64,000 nucleotides of DNA from Octopus sinensis (lineage: Eukaryota), in assembly GCF_006345805.1 (NCBI RefSeq), contig NC_043011.1:16566464-16630463 (forward strand). Reading direction: 5' to 3'. The position numbers were made by a program, and so were the translations under genes. Within the stretch, counting starts at the first letter, position 1; the number at the start of each line of letters is the position of its first letter. Positions 12,741 through 25,869 of this stretch are shown piece by piece. The notes under the pieces were generated by a model, which saw nothing but the letters and a program-made list of their open reading frames with translations, was not told the DNA's origin and did not search any database.

Positions 12741-13022
12741 GCCAACAGCCAAGCATTTTACACATACACACACACATATATGTGTATATATGTGTATATG
12801 TGTGTGTGAGAGGGTGACAGTGACAGAGAGGTTAGAGGATTATATTATCCGGGTGGATACCGTGGTGACTCTCAGTTATGTTCCTGGTTACGGCTAACCG
12901 CATCGATTACTATTTAACGTGTATGACTACTATGAATTCTCACTGAAGCTGTAAATTCCTCCGATGGGTAATTCTGTGTTCACTTCTTTGGATGGTAATA
13001 TTTTCTGAAGTGCATATCAACA

Positions 13023-13420
13023 ATAGGCGCAGGAGTGGCTGTGGTAAGTAGCTTGTCTACCAACCACATGGTTCCGGGTTCAGTCCCACTGCGTAGCACC
13101 TTGGGCAAGTGACTTCTACTATAGCCTCGGGCCGACCAAAGCCTTGTGAGTGGATTTGGTAGACGGAAACTGAAAGAAGCCCGTCGTATATATGTATATA
13201 TATATATGCGTGTGTGTGTTTGTCCCCTAGCATTGCTTGACAACCGATGCTGGTGTGTTTATGTCCCCGTTACTTAGCGGTTCGGCAAAAGAGACGATAG
13301 AATAAGTACTGGGCTTACAAAAGAATAAGTCCCGGGGTCGAGTTGCTCGATTAAAGGCGGTGCTCCAGCATGGCCGCAGTCAAATGACTGAAACAAGTAA
13401 AAGAGTAAAAAGAGTAAAAG
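13023..13420 (+). mobile_element. full-length tRNA-derived SINE family A
   Basis: Head GGCGCAGGAGTGGCTGTGGTAAG..GGTTCCGGGTTCAGTCCC (A/B-box-like), internal (TA)n, GTAAAAGA tail; many homologues in the window. Confidence 0.9.
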
Positions 13421-14202
13421 AGTAATAATTATAACGATATAGAATACGGTTACTTGTTCCTCCTCAAAATAAATATCCTTGCATTTCACAATTCCATACA
13501 CCATATTTTTATGGCTATTATGACCTACACATGTTTCCACTGCACAGACTATGAGCAATTGCACATACAACCGGGCATAATCTTCTGTGCGGCTTCTTTT
13601 GGGGTCTGTCCACCAGCTAGTCTCGAAGCGAACTGAATACAGTTAGTTGTTTGTTGGCCAGAGTTCAGCGTGAAGTGAAGGGAGATTGTATAGAATGTGA
13701 AATCTGATCTGTTTATCAGCTTCTGTGGTTGATCTCTGTTTCGCACCAGGTGCTGGCCGGAGTCAAGATTCTATGTAATTAGGTCGAGGTTAATGTTACT
13801 GTTTTGGCAGGCTTCGTTGCGCATTGTAGTATTTGGGTACTTAATAACCATACTTTCATTTATAGTCCTTGTAACGTTTTTTAGTTATTCATATATTTTC
13901 GTGGCTATGGTATTTGTACATAGTGCAAGAAAGTAGACAGAATATATACTAGGTTGGTTATGACAAAGCAATGTCATAAGTGCTTCTCTCCTTTATATCC
14001 CACCAAACTGTGGGTGGAAAATTGTGTAGTCTAGAATGTTCGTGAAATTTCTTGAATGTTTTGCAAGTATCTTAAGCCGTGTTACAGCCTGCTATTAAAT
14101 AATTTGTCTTGATGTGGAAATTTGGTAAATTTCTTCTATACATCGCTCATATCTATTTCCTACTGCACGACATGTTTTAACAGTACTAATTATCTTCCAC
14201 TC

Positions 14203-14435
14203 CAGCGGCGAGCTGGCAGAAACGTTAGCACGTCGGGAGAAATACGTAGCCGTATTTCGTCTGCCGTTACGTTCTGGGTTCAAATTCCGCCGAGATCGAC
14301 TTTTCTTTTCATCCCTTTCGGGGTCGATAAATTAAGTACCATTTACGCACTGGGGTCGATGTAAACGACTTAATCCGTTTGTCTGTCCTTGTTTGTACTC
14401 TCTGTGTTTAGCCCCTTGTGGGTAGTAAAGAAATA
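14203..14435 (+). mobile_element. SINE family B (GGCGGCGAGCTGGCAGAAACGTTAGCAC head), inserted in the PLE
   Basis: Matches copies at 48964, 63103 and others; ends GGGTAGTAAAGAAATA. Confidence 0.9.
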
Positions 14436-15336
14436 TATATTCCACTCCGTGTATAGTTATGGTTCTTATCGTTAAGGAATCAGGTTAGTTTGCTTACTTT
14501 GCTCGTGCTGTTTGATTTATTTCTATCCCTAAATTAATTTAAATGATTAACTAGTCTTCTTTTCTTTTAAATTTAGTGAGGAGACACTTATATAGACTAC
14601 GTCCTTCTCTCAGAAGGGATTTTGTGTCTATACACTAAGTTCTACGTCAAAAATCTAAAATTTAAGGGGCATACTTTATTTCTAGCCCAATTACAGAGAA
14701 CTAGTTCACTGTCTCTATTATTTATTGTGTTATAGTTCCTGATACATGTTTCTGCTGCCCCCTGTTAATTCTAGGTATTTGTGTTTGTGGCCTGCTATTT
14801 CTAGCGATTCCCTCTCCCTATCCAGTGGAGTCATAGGCTCGTGTTGAAGTTGTCTTCCTTCGACTACTAAGCCCACTAAAGTGCAATGTTGGTTTAGCTT
14901 TCAAGTCTTTTCTTTCATTACCTATTCTTGCCCTCACAGCCCATTTAATATTATCAAAATTCCGGTTGATGGGTTCATTATTTTTTATTTAGTCTAGTAC
15001 ATTTATCGATCCTTCGCTATTTTATGTACTACATTATGGCTTGCGGGAAAAGTATGCGGGACATTGTGCGTATTGAATATTCTGTGGTATTTTCTAGACT
15101 TGAGAAAGTATTTCTCGATCACCGTGTAAAACTGCTTCGGAATGTTGTAAATTATTTGTTTCCTGAATCCAGCATTCTATCATAAATTATCCTGGATTTC
15201 TTATTACTTTGGGCATTATTATGCATTGTGTGATTGTTAATGTCAGAGCCTTTCTTTTTGCTGTGGCAGCTGTCCGGGTATGTTGAGCTCTTGCTATCTT
15301 ATTTCTTTGTTGGGAGTTGTGTAGGTGTACGACTGG

Positions 15337-15529
15337 AGTACTCTCTTTTACTCTCTTTCACTTGTTTCAGTCATTTGACTGCGGCCATGCTGGAGCACCG
15401 CCTTTAATCGAGCAACTCGACCCCGGGACTTATTCTTTTTGTAAGCCCAGTACTTATTCTACCGCCAAGTAACAGGGACATAAACACACCAGCATCGGTT
15501 GTCAAGCAATGCTAGGGGGACAAAAACAC

Positions 15530-15611
<82 letters not shown>

Positions 15612-15733
15612 TACGACGGGCTTCTTTTCAGCTTCCGTCAACCAAATCCACTCACAAGGCTCTGGTCAGCCCGAGGCTATAGTAGAAGTCACTTGCCCAA
15701 GATGCCACGCAGTGGAACTGAACCCGGAACCAT
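15337..15733 (-). mobile_element. SINE family A, inserted in the PLE
   Basis: Reverse complement of the 13023-13420 body. Confidence 0.9.
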
Positions 15734-16713
15734 GCGCCTGTTTTTTTCTTCTTTTTACTTTTTTTTTTATTTCTGAAATAATAAGATTCGGCGTTAATTC
15801 CACTATGTGGTTGATCCTGATATACCTTCGTGTTTGTATCTTTTTTACTATCATCCGAACTGCATATTTTATAGTTGTACCTTATGTATTCAGCCTTCCA
15901 TTTTCTTCTTTTGTCTACCTCCTTATGGGGATTGTCCGGTTGCTATGGATTTTTGTAAGGATGTAATTTGCGATCCTACAGGTTATCTTATATTTATCCC
16001 TTTTGGCTTGGTTCACAGGGCTGTACACTAATTTATCTTTGAATCCTGCGCCCTCTAACGCTTTGTTATAGTATTTCCCGTTTAGTCTAAATATCTCCTC
16101 GTCAGCCGACAGTCTGGATGTGCGGGCGGAAATATTTCTAACTATGGACTCCGTTATGCATTTGGGATTATTGCTACTGTAGTTTATGCATTTAAGGTTG
16201 TCGTTACCATTTTGTATGGTTCGAATAGGCCGGTACTTAGATCAAATGTAACATCAAAGAAATTAACTACGGTGTGTTTGTTCTTCTAGTGAGATGGAGA
16301 GCTCAATGACTTTGAAGAACTTGAATAATTTTTATCTGTAGTTTCTATCTCGACGTTGGAAATGTTATGCTAAGTGTGAAACCGAGATCAACCACACAAG
16401 TTGACAGACAGATCAGATTTCACATTCAAAACAACCTCACCTCATTTCCTGACCGACAAACAGCTAACTTTAATCAGTTCGCTTCGAGTCTAGCTGATTG
16501 AGAGGCCCTGAACCAAGCCGTTCCGAAAACTATGCCCGGCTGCATATGCTACTACCCAGCGGAAACATGTGTTGGTCGTAATAATCATAAAATGCTGTAT
16601 GAATTTGTAAAATAAAAAGAAAGAAATTTTGATGATGAACAAGACTTCATACTCTATATCGTTATAATTATTGGTAATATACATACATAGATATTTGCGC
16701 GCGTGAATGTATG

Positions 16714-16759
<46 letters not shown>

Positions 16760-16760
<1 letters not shown>

Positions 16761-17108
16761 CGAGCAAAACACCTCCGTGAAATGGACGGTTCTGAGTTGT
16801 CAAACATTTGAACCAAATTTTCTCAAAACAACTTGTCCGACTGTCCCATAGGCCTCCCCTTTGAGAAACACAAAAGAAGAAATAAAGATAGACTTTTTTC
16901 TATTCCAAGAAAAACGATTTTCCAAATGCAAGTTCCCACAGTTTTATCGATCACATTCTCACCTGGAATCGATTTTTGTAATTTTTTTAAGACTTATACA
17001 CGCTCTGATACATATCTACATATTAAATTTGAGCGCAGTTGGATGGAGGATGCCCGAGATCCTAGAAGACACACACACAGACAGACAGAACGGATTTTAT
17101 ACAATAGA
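16760..17108. mobile_element. non-autonomous Helentron/Helitron-like repeat
   Basis: Ends ACACACAGACAGACAGAACGGATTTTATACAATAGAT, a terminus style typical of these elements; class is inferred. Confidence 0.35.
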
Positions 17109-17769
17109 TAATGCTAAAATGAACTAAAAGCTAAGCAGTAGAAATCTACAATGCAAGTTATGCTTAACTCTTCCAATAAATACCAAGTGAATTGGACATT
17201 TAATTCTACAAATAGATCATATTAATACTATTGTTACTGATAAGACTGCAAGCTGACAGAGCCGTTAGCAAACGGAGAAAAACACTTAGCAGCCATTTCC
17301 ACCAATGTCGACTTAACCTTTCATTCTTTCATGGTCGCTAAAATATGCATCAGAAGAGCACTGGGGTTGATGTAATGAATTTCTCAGCACCACCCCAATT
17401 TTTCTGGCATAATGCCAAAATTTGGAACCAATATATTTGTTACTGATTATTATATAACAAAATTGATGACAGAATTGGAGATATTCATGATGATGATGAT
17501 GATGATAATAATAATAATTCATGTTTTACTGGTGAAAGCTACCATAAAAGTTATGATATTATTTATAATATTTCTTTCTAATTTTGGCAATTATATTCGG
17601 AGATATTAGATTGACAGCAGCTTTGACGGCGATTATAATTTAACAACCTTGCAAAAATGAAAATCCAACTTGACCGCAGTAGACTTGGTAAGTACAGAGG
17701 GGAAGAAATACAATATATAACTGAGCAAGTTACAACCTAAGTTACATCCTCAGAAGCACATGATAAGTT

Positions 17770-18060
17770 GGTTTTAACTGTGAACCTTATGTTATAACTT
17801 GTTCAGGATGTGGACATAACCATAGGGGACGGACAAGTATGACAGCCAGACGGAGAACTACACTACATAAGGAACAGATTCCAGCAATATAGACAGATTC
17901 CTTTGAGTGAAACTTTGATTTCAGTATAAATTCTAGTTCATGATCACATACCCATCACTGTAAATATCTCACCTCACCAATTACCGCCTCTCAGATTTTT
18001 ATGCTTGTTGAAACATTCATTCACAAAATTCACCGCACACAACATGGAATAAAATCTCTT
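17770..18060 (+). pseudogene. Penelope-like GIY-YIG endonuclease fragment
   Basis: VITCSGCGHNHRGRTSMTARRRTTLHKEQI..YRQIPLS resembles the PLE Y.I.C..C...YIG.T...L..R...H motif. Confidence 0.6.
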
Positions 18061-18209
18061 TAAGAAAATACGAAATTACAATAATTTCAATGTCCTGATT
18101 AGCAAGTGTGCGCATTTTCCTTTTATTTTAAACATTTATTTTTTGCGTTACAACTCACAACGTGGAGATAATCTAAATTTTCTCCTTTATGTTACTATAT
18201 ATATATTCT

Positions 18210-18630
18210 TTTATTCTTATTTTTGTTTCAGTCATTTGACTGCGGACATGCTGAAGGACCATCATTAGTCGAACCCCCAGGACTTATTCTTTGTACTTAT
18301 TCTCTCAGTCTCTTCTGCTGAACCGCTAAGATAGGGCACATAAATACCCAAACATCAGTGGTCAAGCGATAGTGGAGGGAGACGAACACAGACACTCAAA
18401 CATAAACTTACAGAGACAGACAGACCGACACACATACATACACACACACACACACATACATATATATATCTATACATATATACGACATGCTTCTTTCAGT
18501 TTCCGTCTACCAAATCTACTCACAAGGGTTTGGTCGGCCTAAGGCTATAGTAGAAGACACTTGCCCAAGTTTCCACGAAGTGGGACTCAACGCGGAACCA
18601 TGTGCCTGGTTAGCAAGCTAATTGCCACAC
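18210..18630 (-). mobile_element. SINE family A
   Basis: Reverse complement of family A including its tRNA-like head. Confidence 0.85.
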
Positions 18631-19525
18631 AGCCGTGCTTGTCGGTGATGATAAATACAGTTAGAAATTGAAACAAAGTAGTCGATTTTATTTATTCGCT
18701 GTAAAACAGTTAAACACCTCCGACACTATTTATACCACAGCAAAATACACCAAGTAAATATTTGTTTCAAATTTTGGCACAAAGTCAGCTGGTTCGAGAA
18801 GGAAGTAAGTTGATACTTACTTTATCGACCCCAAAATGGATGAATGGCAAAGCTGACCCGGCAGAAATGCCACTAGATAATTTGGACTGGGCGCTATCGA
18901 TTCTGTTACCCGTCACATTGCACCCAGTATATATTCTAAACATCGCATTAAATGCTTATATTTAATTGTCAATTTATTCATTTGTTCGTGGAGGTGAATT
19001 GAAACAGCGAGTTAGCCAGTATGGTACTATTTGTAGCTACCAAATCTACCACCACATTTGAAAATAGCATTCATTAATAACTCCTATTACATCTGTCACA
19101 TATTTTAAACCTATATCGACCTTGCTAATAAGCGACACCAATATTGGCTTTCGCTCTGAAAAAGCAAACAGCAACAACATATTGGAAATTTTAATCCTGT
19201 CCCCTATGTAATTATCTCTTCGTTCCATGTGACATTAAACTAAATTTATTTATAAATTAATGATATGTATGCATCTCTATTCCTTTTTCTGTCTGTATGT
19301 CTTGTTGACTGTGTTTCTATTTATTTCCTTTTCTCTCCCTACCTCTCACTATTCTAAAGCCAATTTCTAGAAACCAGTATACATGAACATGTAATAATGG
19401 CACAACACAGAAATATTGCTAGCACAAAACCTAGAATTAACAGCATACACATCAACACAAAGACATAGATACGTGTTTACAAATCGCATAGAAAAAATCA
19501 AATAGAAAGGAACTTTAAAAAAACA

Positions 19526-19612
19526 TTTTTAAAGCACAATTATTACGAAAAAACTTTTTAAAGCACAATTATTACGAAAAAACTTTTTAAAGCACAATTA
19601 TTACGAAAAAAC
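19526..19612. repeat. 29-bp minisatellite, three perfect copies
   Basis: TTTTTAAAGCACAATTATTACGAAAAAAC at 19526, 19555 and 19584. Confidence 0.95.
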
Positions 19613-19747
19613 TTTTAATGAAGTCATACGTCTCAGTATTTGGTCTTCTTTCCTTAAAACACGCCAAAGCTACTTATAAATATGTGAGAGTAAAACGTCT
19701 AACTTGGAACAGCTCATGTAAAACAAAGCAATTAAAACACTGGAAAC

Positions 19748-19757
19748 ATGGTGGTGG

Positions 19758-19799
<42 letters not shown>

Positions 19800-19839
19800 C
19801 GATGGTGATGATGATGATAACGATGATGACGATGATGAC

Positions 19840-19874
<35 letters not shown>

Positions 19875-19880
19875 CGATGG

Positions 19881-19916
<36 letters not shown>

Positions 19917-19971
19917 CGATGGTGATGACGATGACGATGGTGATGATGATGATAATGATGACGATGATGAC

Positions 19972-20009
<38 letters not shown>

Positions 20010-20072
20010 CGATGATGACGATGATGATGATGATGATGATGATGCCGATGATAACGATGATGATGATGATGA
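19748..20072. repeat. (GAT)n microsatellite with GAC/GGT/AAC interruptions
   Basis: ~325-bp trinucleotide tract; explains the poly-D/H/M ORFs. Confidence 0.97.
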
Positions 20073-21097
20073 TATTGTTTTCTTATGCTTGGAGAAATTA
20101 TAAAATTAACATATTTAAAAATGGTGAACAACCATGAAAACCAACACTATTCCCATAAAAAAGAAGAGATTTTTCCAAAGAGACCCATTGCTGACGTACC
20201 ACAGAACTTATAATCTATTTGACAACGTGCACTGCGCTTCTGGTAATATCCCAGATGTATAAGGCGCTCTAACTGCGTTTGACGCACGACTGCAGCTTAG
20301 TTAAAGAAAGAATTTGTTATAAAGCTTGCCGCACGAAAGTTTTCGCTTTCACTGGATGCACGTGCTTGTGCATACCAAGGTGAACCTTTCAACAAGAAAG
20401 GAGAGGATAGTCAGCTTTTTATTAAAGTAAATCGCAACACAAAGGAGTTCTACAACGCTGAGACGATATAAAAGCAGCAAGGAATAGCTTTCTCAGAGCC
20501 TAACGCTTTGCAGGTTTTGCCATCCTACGCGTGTGCCCTTTAATTTCAGAAATAATTCAGTGAAGGTTAAAACAATCATTCCATGAGATATCTTAATCCA
20601 CATAAAGGAATTAAAAGTTAAACTGCCTGATAAGTTTTACGGATAATTAGAAGAACTACATCTTAATCGATTATCAGTCGCCGTAGTCTACAATAGGGGA
20701 ATTATCCACATATTAATATTTTGAAATAAATTAACAGTGTGTAGGATGCAATTGCAAAACGAACCCTTAATACACTTCAACAGATGGGATTTTACTGAGA
20801 AATGGACTGAGAAAAAATTATTTAAATGGGTTTGAGTTTTTTAAATAAAACTGCAGAAAATTAAAATATAATAACACTATGATATATGTATATGCACAAC
20901 ATAGAGAATTACATAGAGAAATGAATAGTGTATTATCAATAGTATTGACAAAGAATAAGTCAGACAAACACTGCATTCACCCAAGAGGTATAAAACTGTG
21001 CTTATCTTGCAATAAGATAAAAATTTCAAAATTCAAATGGAAACAACAATCCCCATAGTGAAAAATCCCCGAGAATGACTAAACTCTTACAAAACAT

Positions 21098-21262
21098 ATA
21101 GGCGCAGGTGTGGCTGTGTGGTACGTAGCTTGCTTACCAACCACATGGTTCCGGGTTCAGTCCCACTGCGTGGCGCCTTGGGCAAGTGTTTTCTACTGTA
21201 GCCTCAGGCCGACCAAAGCCTTGTGAGTGGATTTGGTGGACGGAAACGAAAAGAAGCCCGTC

Positions 21263-21361
<99 letters not shown>

Positions 21362-21573
21362 TGTGTCTGTGTTTGTCTCCCCAACATCGCTTGACAACCG
21401 ATGGTGGTGTGTTTACATCCCCCGTAACCTAGCGGTTCGGCAAAAGAGACAGATAGAATAAGTACTAGGCTTACAAAGAATAAGTCCTGGGGTCGATTTG
21501 CTCGACTAAAGGCGGTGCTCCAGCATGGCCGCAGTCAGATGACTGAAACAAGTAAAAGAGAGTAAAAGAGAGT
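21098..21573 (+). mobile_element. full-length SINE family A
   Basis: Head, internal (TA)n(TG)n and GTAAAAGAGA tail as in 13023-13420. Confidence 0.9.
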
Positions 21574-21941
21574 AAGTGCATTGATATACAACGTGTTGAA
21601 TGTTATAGAGTAGACAGAACTTAATTACCGTGAAAGTGATGAATCTAACATTGAGTTCTTTTGGTTTCTTTCACGTCTGGGCGTGAAGAAGATAAAGAGT
21701 GTTTGGGCGCTTTGAGTGCAAGCTAGCAAATTAAACGATAAAAGGAATTCAAAGAACAATGCGGTAGTGTGCTAACACACCACCACTGCATTGTGAACGA
21801 AGTCTGAAAGATTTTCTGAGAATCCAGAACTACGAAAAGAGCAACAAGTACTTTCTAGTAAAGCAGAATAGATTTGATTAGTTTCGAATTATATGGCGTC
21901 ACTTTTTGGTTTTGGTATTTACACACACACACGCACACACA

Positions 21942-22044
21942 AACACACACACACACATACACACACATTGTAAAACCTTACATTGTGTTTCACGGGGAAA
22001 CACAATGTAAGGTTTTACAATGTGTGTGTATGTGTGTGTGTGTG

Positions 22045-22046
<2 letters not shown>
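21942..22046. repeat. perfect 50-bp-arm hairpin with 5-nt loop, embedded between (CA)n and (TG)n
   Basis: ..ACACATTGTAAAACCTTACATTGTGTTTC-ACGGG-GAAACACAATGTAAGGTTTTACAATGTGT.. Confidence 0.95.
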
Positions 22047-22111
<65 letters not shown>

Positions 22112-22829
22112 TGCGTCTGTGTGTTTGTCCTCCCCAGTTTTCTTTTCCTTACGAACGAAGCAAAACTTACATTAGAGTAATAAACCGCACAAGTGTTTAA
22201 ATAAGCGAGAAACAAAATTACCAGATTTAGATGCGGATCTATTCCATGTTAGCTTAAGTGTATTTGATAACTGAAATTGATTTAATTCTATTTTTACACC
22301 GTATATCCCATAAATTATTCCTTTAAAACAACACATAAATTCGTTTATACACCTATATTGAATACAGCTAAATATATATATTCGTTTTAGCGAGATTTCT
22401 GAAATTTGTAGCAATGTCTCTCGTTTAGCATGAGTATCACCAAACACTATATCCAAACAGTTATCAAATTATGCTCATGATATTTCATTACCAACCTCTC
22501 CTTCATTATGTTCAACAAGACATCAATTCTAAACATAGGTAAACAAGCTAAAATCATGGTGTTACAAAAGTAGAATAACATTCGAATATAAAAACATATA
22601 ACTGTACTCTGCAGCCTCTCATCACGTCCAATTATATGACGTCAACATTCACATAGATAAGTGCAAATGATGGCGTGTGCCTGTGTATATATATATATAT
22701 CAATATTTCTACATGAGTGAATATGTATATTTTGAATGTTTGTGTCCCCATTCATCAATTGATTCCACAGATGCTAACAAAATAAATTTCTCAGTCAATG
22801 GTTCACTTACTTAATGATCTATATCGCAT

Positions 22830-22947
22830 TTACTTCAAAGCCCGAGACTTATAGTGTGCTAATATTGAAAGACGAACCGTTGAAAAAGCTACTCCTATGA
22901 ATAATTTGCTTGCTGAATTCATCTTTATTAAGTGGCTAATTTCGATC
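22830..22947 (-). CDS. candidate terminal coding exon (unknown protein)
   Basis: Acceptor CTGTTATTTCTTTGTTAG; open frame IEISHLIKMNSASKLFIGVAFSTVRLSILAHYKSRALK*; no recognised homology. Confidence 0.15.
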
Positions 22948-23493
22948 CTAACAAAGAAATAACAGTGGGTGTAAGTTACTAAAATGAAAATGCGACGCAA
23001 TACAAAGCAGATAGTTAATGGCTAGGAGACGTACAATACCGATGCATCTAATGGCAATCGAAATTATGATGGAATCACATCGAGCTGCCATTATTCTCTG
23101 TATTCACCCGATGTTTGTATTTACAGTGTGTTGTTCTTCACTTAAGTGGCTGAGTGATTGATAAAAAGAACAAGCAGCAACTGACGTATATAATAATCGA
23201 AAGACAGACGCATACGTAGTTTGCAAACAGGATCTTCTCACACACAGAGAGAAAGAGAGACATACACAACCTCGTACAAATAAACACAGTTGTAATAAAA
23301 AGGAAAAGTAAAATAAAAAAAAAGTAGCATATATGCGATTAAATTATATATCTTTACTACTTACATACAGAAATGAATTATTATATTTTGTTCTTTTTTT
23401 TATTATGATTGAGTAATGAAAAAGTGGGTTGGTGTAGTACATAAGATGATTTCGCAATTGAGGTAGATATATATATATATGCATACATAGATG

Positions 23494-23523
23494 AAATTAC
23501 TACTACTACTACTACTACTACTT

Positions 23524-23571
<48 letters not shown>

Positions 23572-23680
23572 ATAATAATAATAATAATAATTATTATTAT
23601 TATTATTATTATTATTATAATAATAACAATAATAATAATAACAACAATTATAATAATAACGGTGATGATGATGATGATGA

Positions 23681-23720
<40 letters not shown>

Positions 23721-23779
23721 TTGGTGATGTTGATGATGATGATGATGATGATGATGATGACGATGATGACGACGACGAC

Positions 23780-23812
<33 letters not shown>
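23494..23812. repeat. compound trinucleotide microsatellite (ACT)n(AAT)n(ATT)n(GAT)n
   Basis: Direct reading. Confidence 0.97.
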
Positions 23813-23819
23813 AATGGTT

Positions 23820-24000
23820 TCAATTTGTGGCTCAGGGCCAGCAAGTTCAGCAGAGGGGATAATTCGATTATATCGGCTCCAATGTTTATCTGGAACTTAT
23901 TTTATCGACACCGAAAGGAATGAATGACAAAGAAGTCTCAGCAGAATTTGAATTCAGAACGTTAAAAGGGGCGAAATGCTACTAAACGTTTCGTCCGATG
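23820..24000 (-). mobile_element. diverged SINE family B
   Basis: TATTTTATCGACACCGAAAGGAATGAATGACAAAG..GAATTTGAATTCAGAACG. Confidence 0.7.
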
Positions 24001-24089
24001 TACTACCTGGACAGGAAAAGAATTAGATACTTCTACAAAAGCGGGGGCTTTAGCGTCCCTTTTAGGTCCAGTATTAATATTACAAAACA

Positions 24090-24400
24090 ACACATTGTAT
24101 TCGTGCCATAAACTCCGGGAGAACCTTAATACGTTAACTTGTCCCCAATTCACCCACACTGCAGCTGTTCTAAACGCCATTATGAATAGCGTATCATATA
24201 GGATCTTATTCTTATCCTCCAATAAAGAAATATTCGAGCAATACGCTGAATATTACAATTGCACCCTACTCCGCGCCGGCTATAAAAATCCGAATAAATC
24301 CCTTCCTATATGGAGTGATCCTTCCTCCACTGAACATGGCACCACAGATACATCTCCTCCTTTAGATAGAGCCCGAAGTATCCCCCATATTTTGCCTTTC
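24090..24400 (+). pseudogene. Penelope-like RT thumb fragment
   Basis: AVLNAIMNSVSYRILFLSSNKEIFEQYAEYYNCTLLRAGYK parallels the PLE R.S.LSSNEEIF....Y...L..AGY motif and the 16100 region. Confidence 0.7.
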
Positions 24401-24446
24401 CGGATTACGCTTGTCTACATGTATTGCCTTAGTATTAAACCGTGTG

Positions 24447-24660
24447 TAAGTGACGAGCTGGCAGAATCGTTAGCACACCGAGAAAAATGCTTAGTATATT
24501 CTAAATCGTTACGTTCTAAGTTCAATATTTGCTGAAACTGACTTTGCCTTTTTTTTCTTTTGGAATCGATAAAATAAGAACCAGTTGGGCACTGGAGCCC
24601 ATGCAATCGATTTACCACTCCCCTGAAACGGTTGGTTTTGTACCAAAATTTGCAACCAGT
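24447..24660 (+). mobile_element. SINE family B
   Basis: GACGAGCTGGCAGAATCGTTAGCACACCG head. Confidence 0.8.
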
Positions 24661-25869
24661 ATTAAACCGTAAGTTCATATTAGGAATACTATGATATTCG
24701 GTTTGTATGTTAACTTAAAGACAAACAACAAATAGTAATGATACTGATAAGAAGATCTATAAAAGTATGTATCTTGTACTTTATAAAAAACTGTTGATTA
24801 AATAAGTTTCCAATAAAATTACGTTTTAAATGGCAGTAATATATTAAAACAGTTCTTGGAAATGAAGCTAGATACAAGTATGTGAAGAGATAAACACGTA
24901 ATTTTGTGACGTCAATAATTGTCTTAAATTGAAACCTTGCAGACAGACACAGACGAGATTTGATCTGTTGATAAATTACTAATATCGACTTTCCTTCGTG
25001 GCTATTATTACTGCAAATATTATCAGCAGACGGATTGCTAATACTGATAACCCTTGAGTTGTGCATTGAATCATTTTGTTCAGTGCTTACGATTAATCCG
25101 GTTTTTCAAATTCTGAACTTCTAATTACTGGATCCAACTATTTTGCCTCCCACTGTTAATAAATAAAGATAAATTTAATTCATTATATCCAGTATATGTA
25201 GTGGTTTTAATCTCAGTGAAACTGTGCTCATGATGTAAGAATCAACGAAGAACTCTAATAAAAAAAACGCATAACCAAAGTCCTACGTAGTGAGATCATA
25301 CTCAGAAGAATGAGTTATGAAGCAAAAACGGTAAAAACACAGCTATTGCTATGACGCCTGTTACTTTAATGAAGGAGACATTTCTGCCTGATGTGAATGC
25401 TTCTATCGAATGACACAATTCTCAAAATTCATATCCAAATTTCTAACAGAGGCTCATTATGAAACCTTAACAACCCATTCCCTGTTGATCATCTGTCTGT
25501 TACCACTGACAAAGATGGTTAAAAACTGCTCATAAAACTTCCCATATAACAACAGTAATATGGATATATTGTGACAATGAAATCTTAAACACAGCGCTTC
25601 ACTGCACACCACTAAGGGCAGTGGATAGTTGCTTCAGCCAATCTCCTAACAAACATTGTTACCGAAGGCAATCCTTCCAACCATGAACGTGACATTTTTC
25701 TCGGTCATTTTAATTACCATAAATAAAATGATGGAAATATGTCATACGTAGATACGAGTTTTCTGTCGACTCGCTCAGGAAAAAAAAAACTTGCAGTTCA
25801 ACGACAAAAAAAAAGCCTAACGAATGCTGCAACGTTTCGAGGTCAACCAGTCAACATCGGCCTGCAAGG

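Larger units (their letters stand above)
13430..16672 (-). mobile_element. decayed Penelope-like element (RT thumb + GIY-YIG) with inverted pseudo-LTRs, interrupted by two SINEs
   Basis: Minus-strand VNFFDVTFDLSTGLFEPY..RTSRLSADEEIF..YYNKALEGAGFK (RT), KQFYTVIEKYFLKSRKYHRIFNTHNV, CPLN..NLVY and WKIIS..C.EE.YQI (GIY-YIG region); 13430-13750 is inverted and diverged at 16372-16672. Confidence 0.8.

Noticed and set aside
19526-19612. CRISPR-like array (29-bp repeats)
   Set aside because: Repeats are contiguous with no spacers, the context is eukaryotic, and there are no cas genes.
19618-20137. Poly-Asp / poly-His / poly-Met ORFs
   Set aside because: All three are reading frames of a (GAT)n microsatellite; no splice or domain evidence.
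24710-25066. 118-aa minus-strand ORF
   Set aside because: No recognisable motif or flanking splice sites; composition typical of random AT-rich ORFs.
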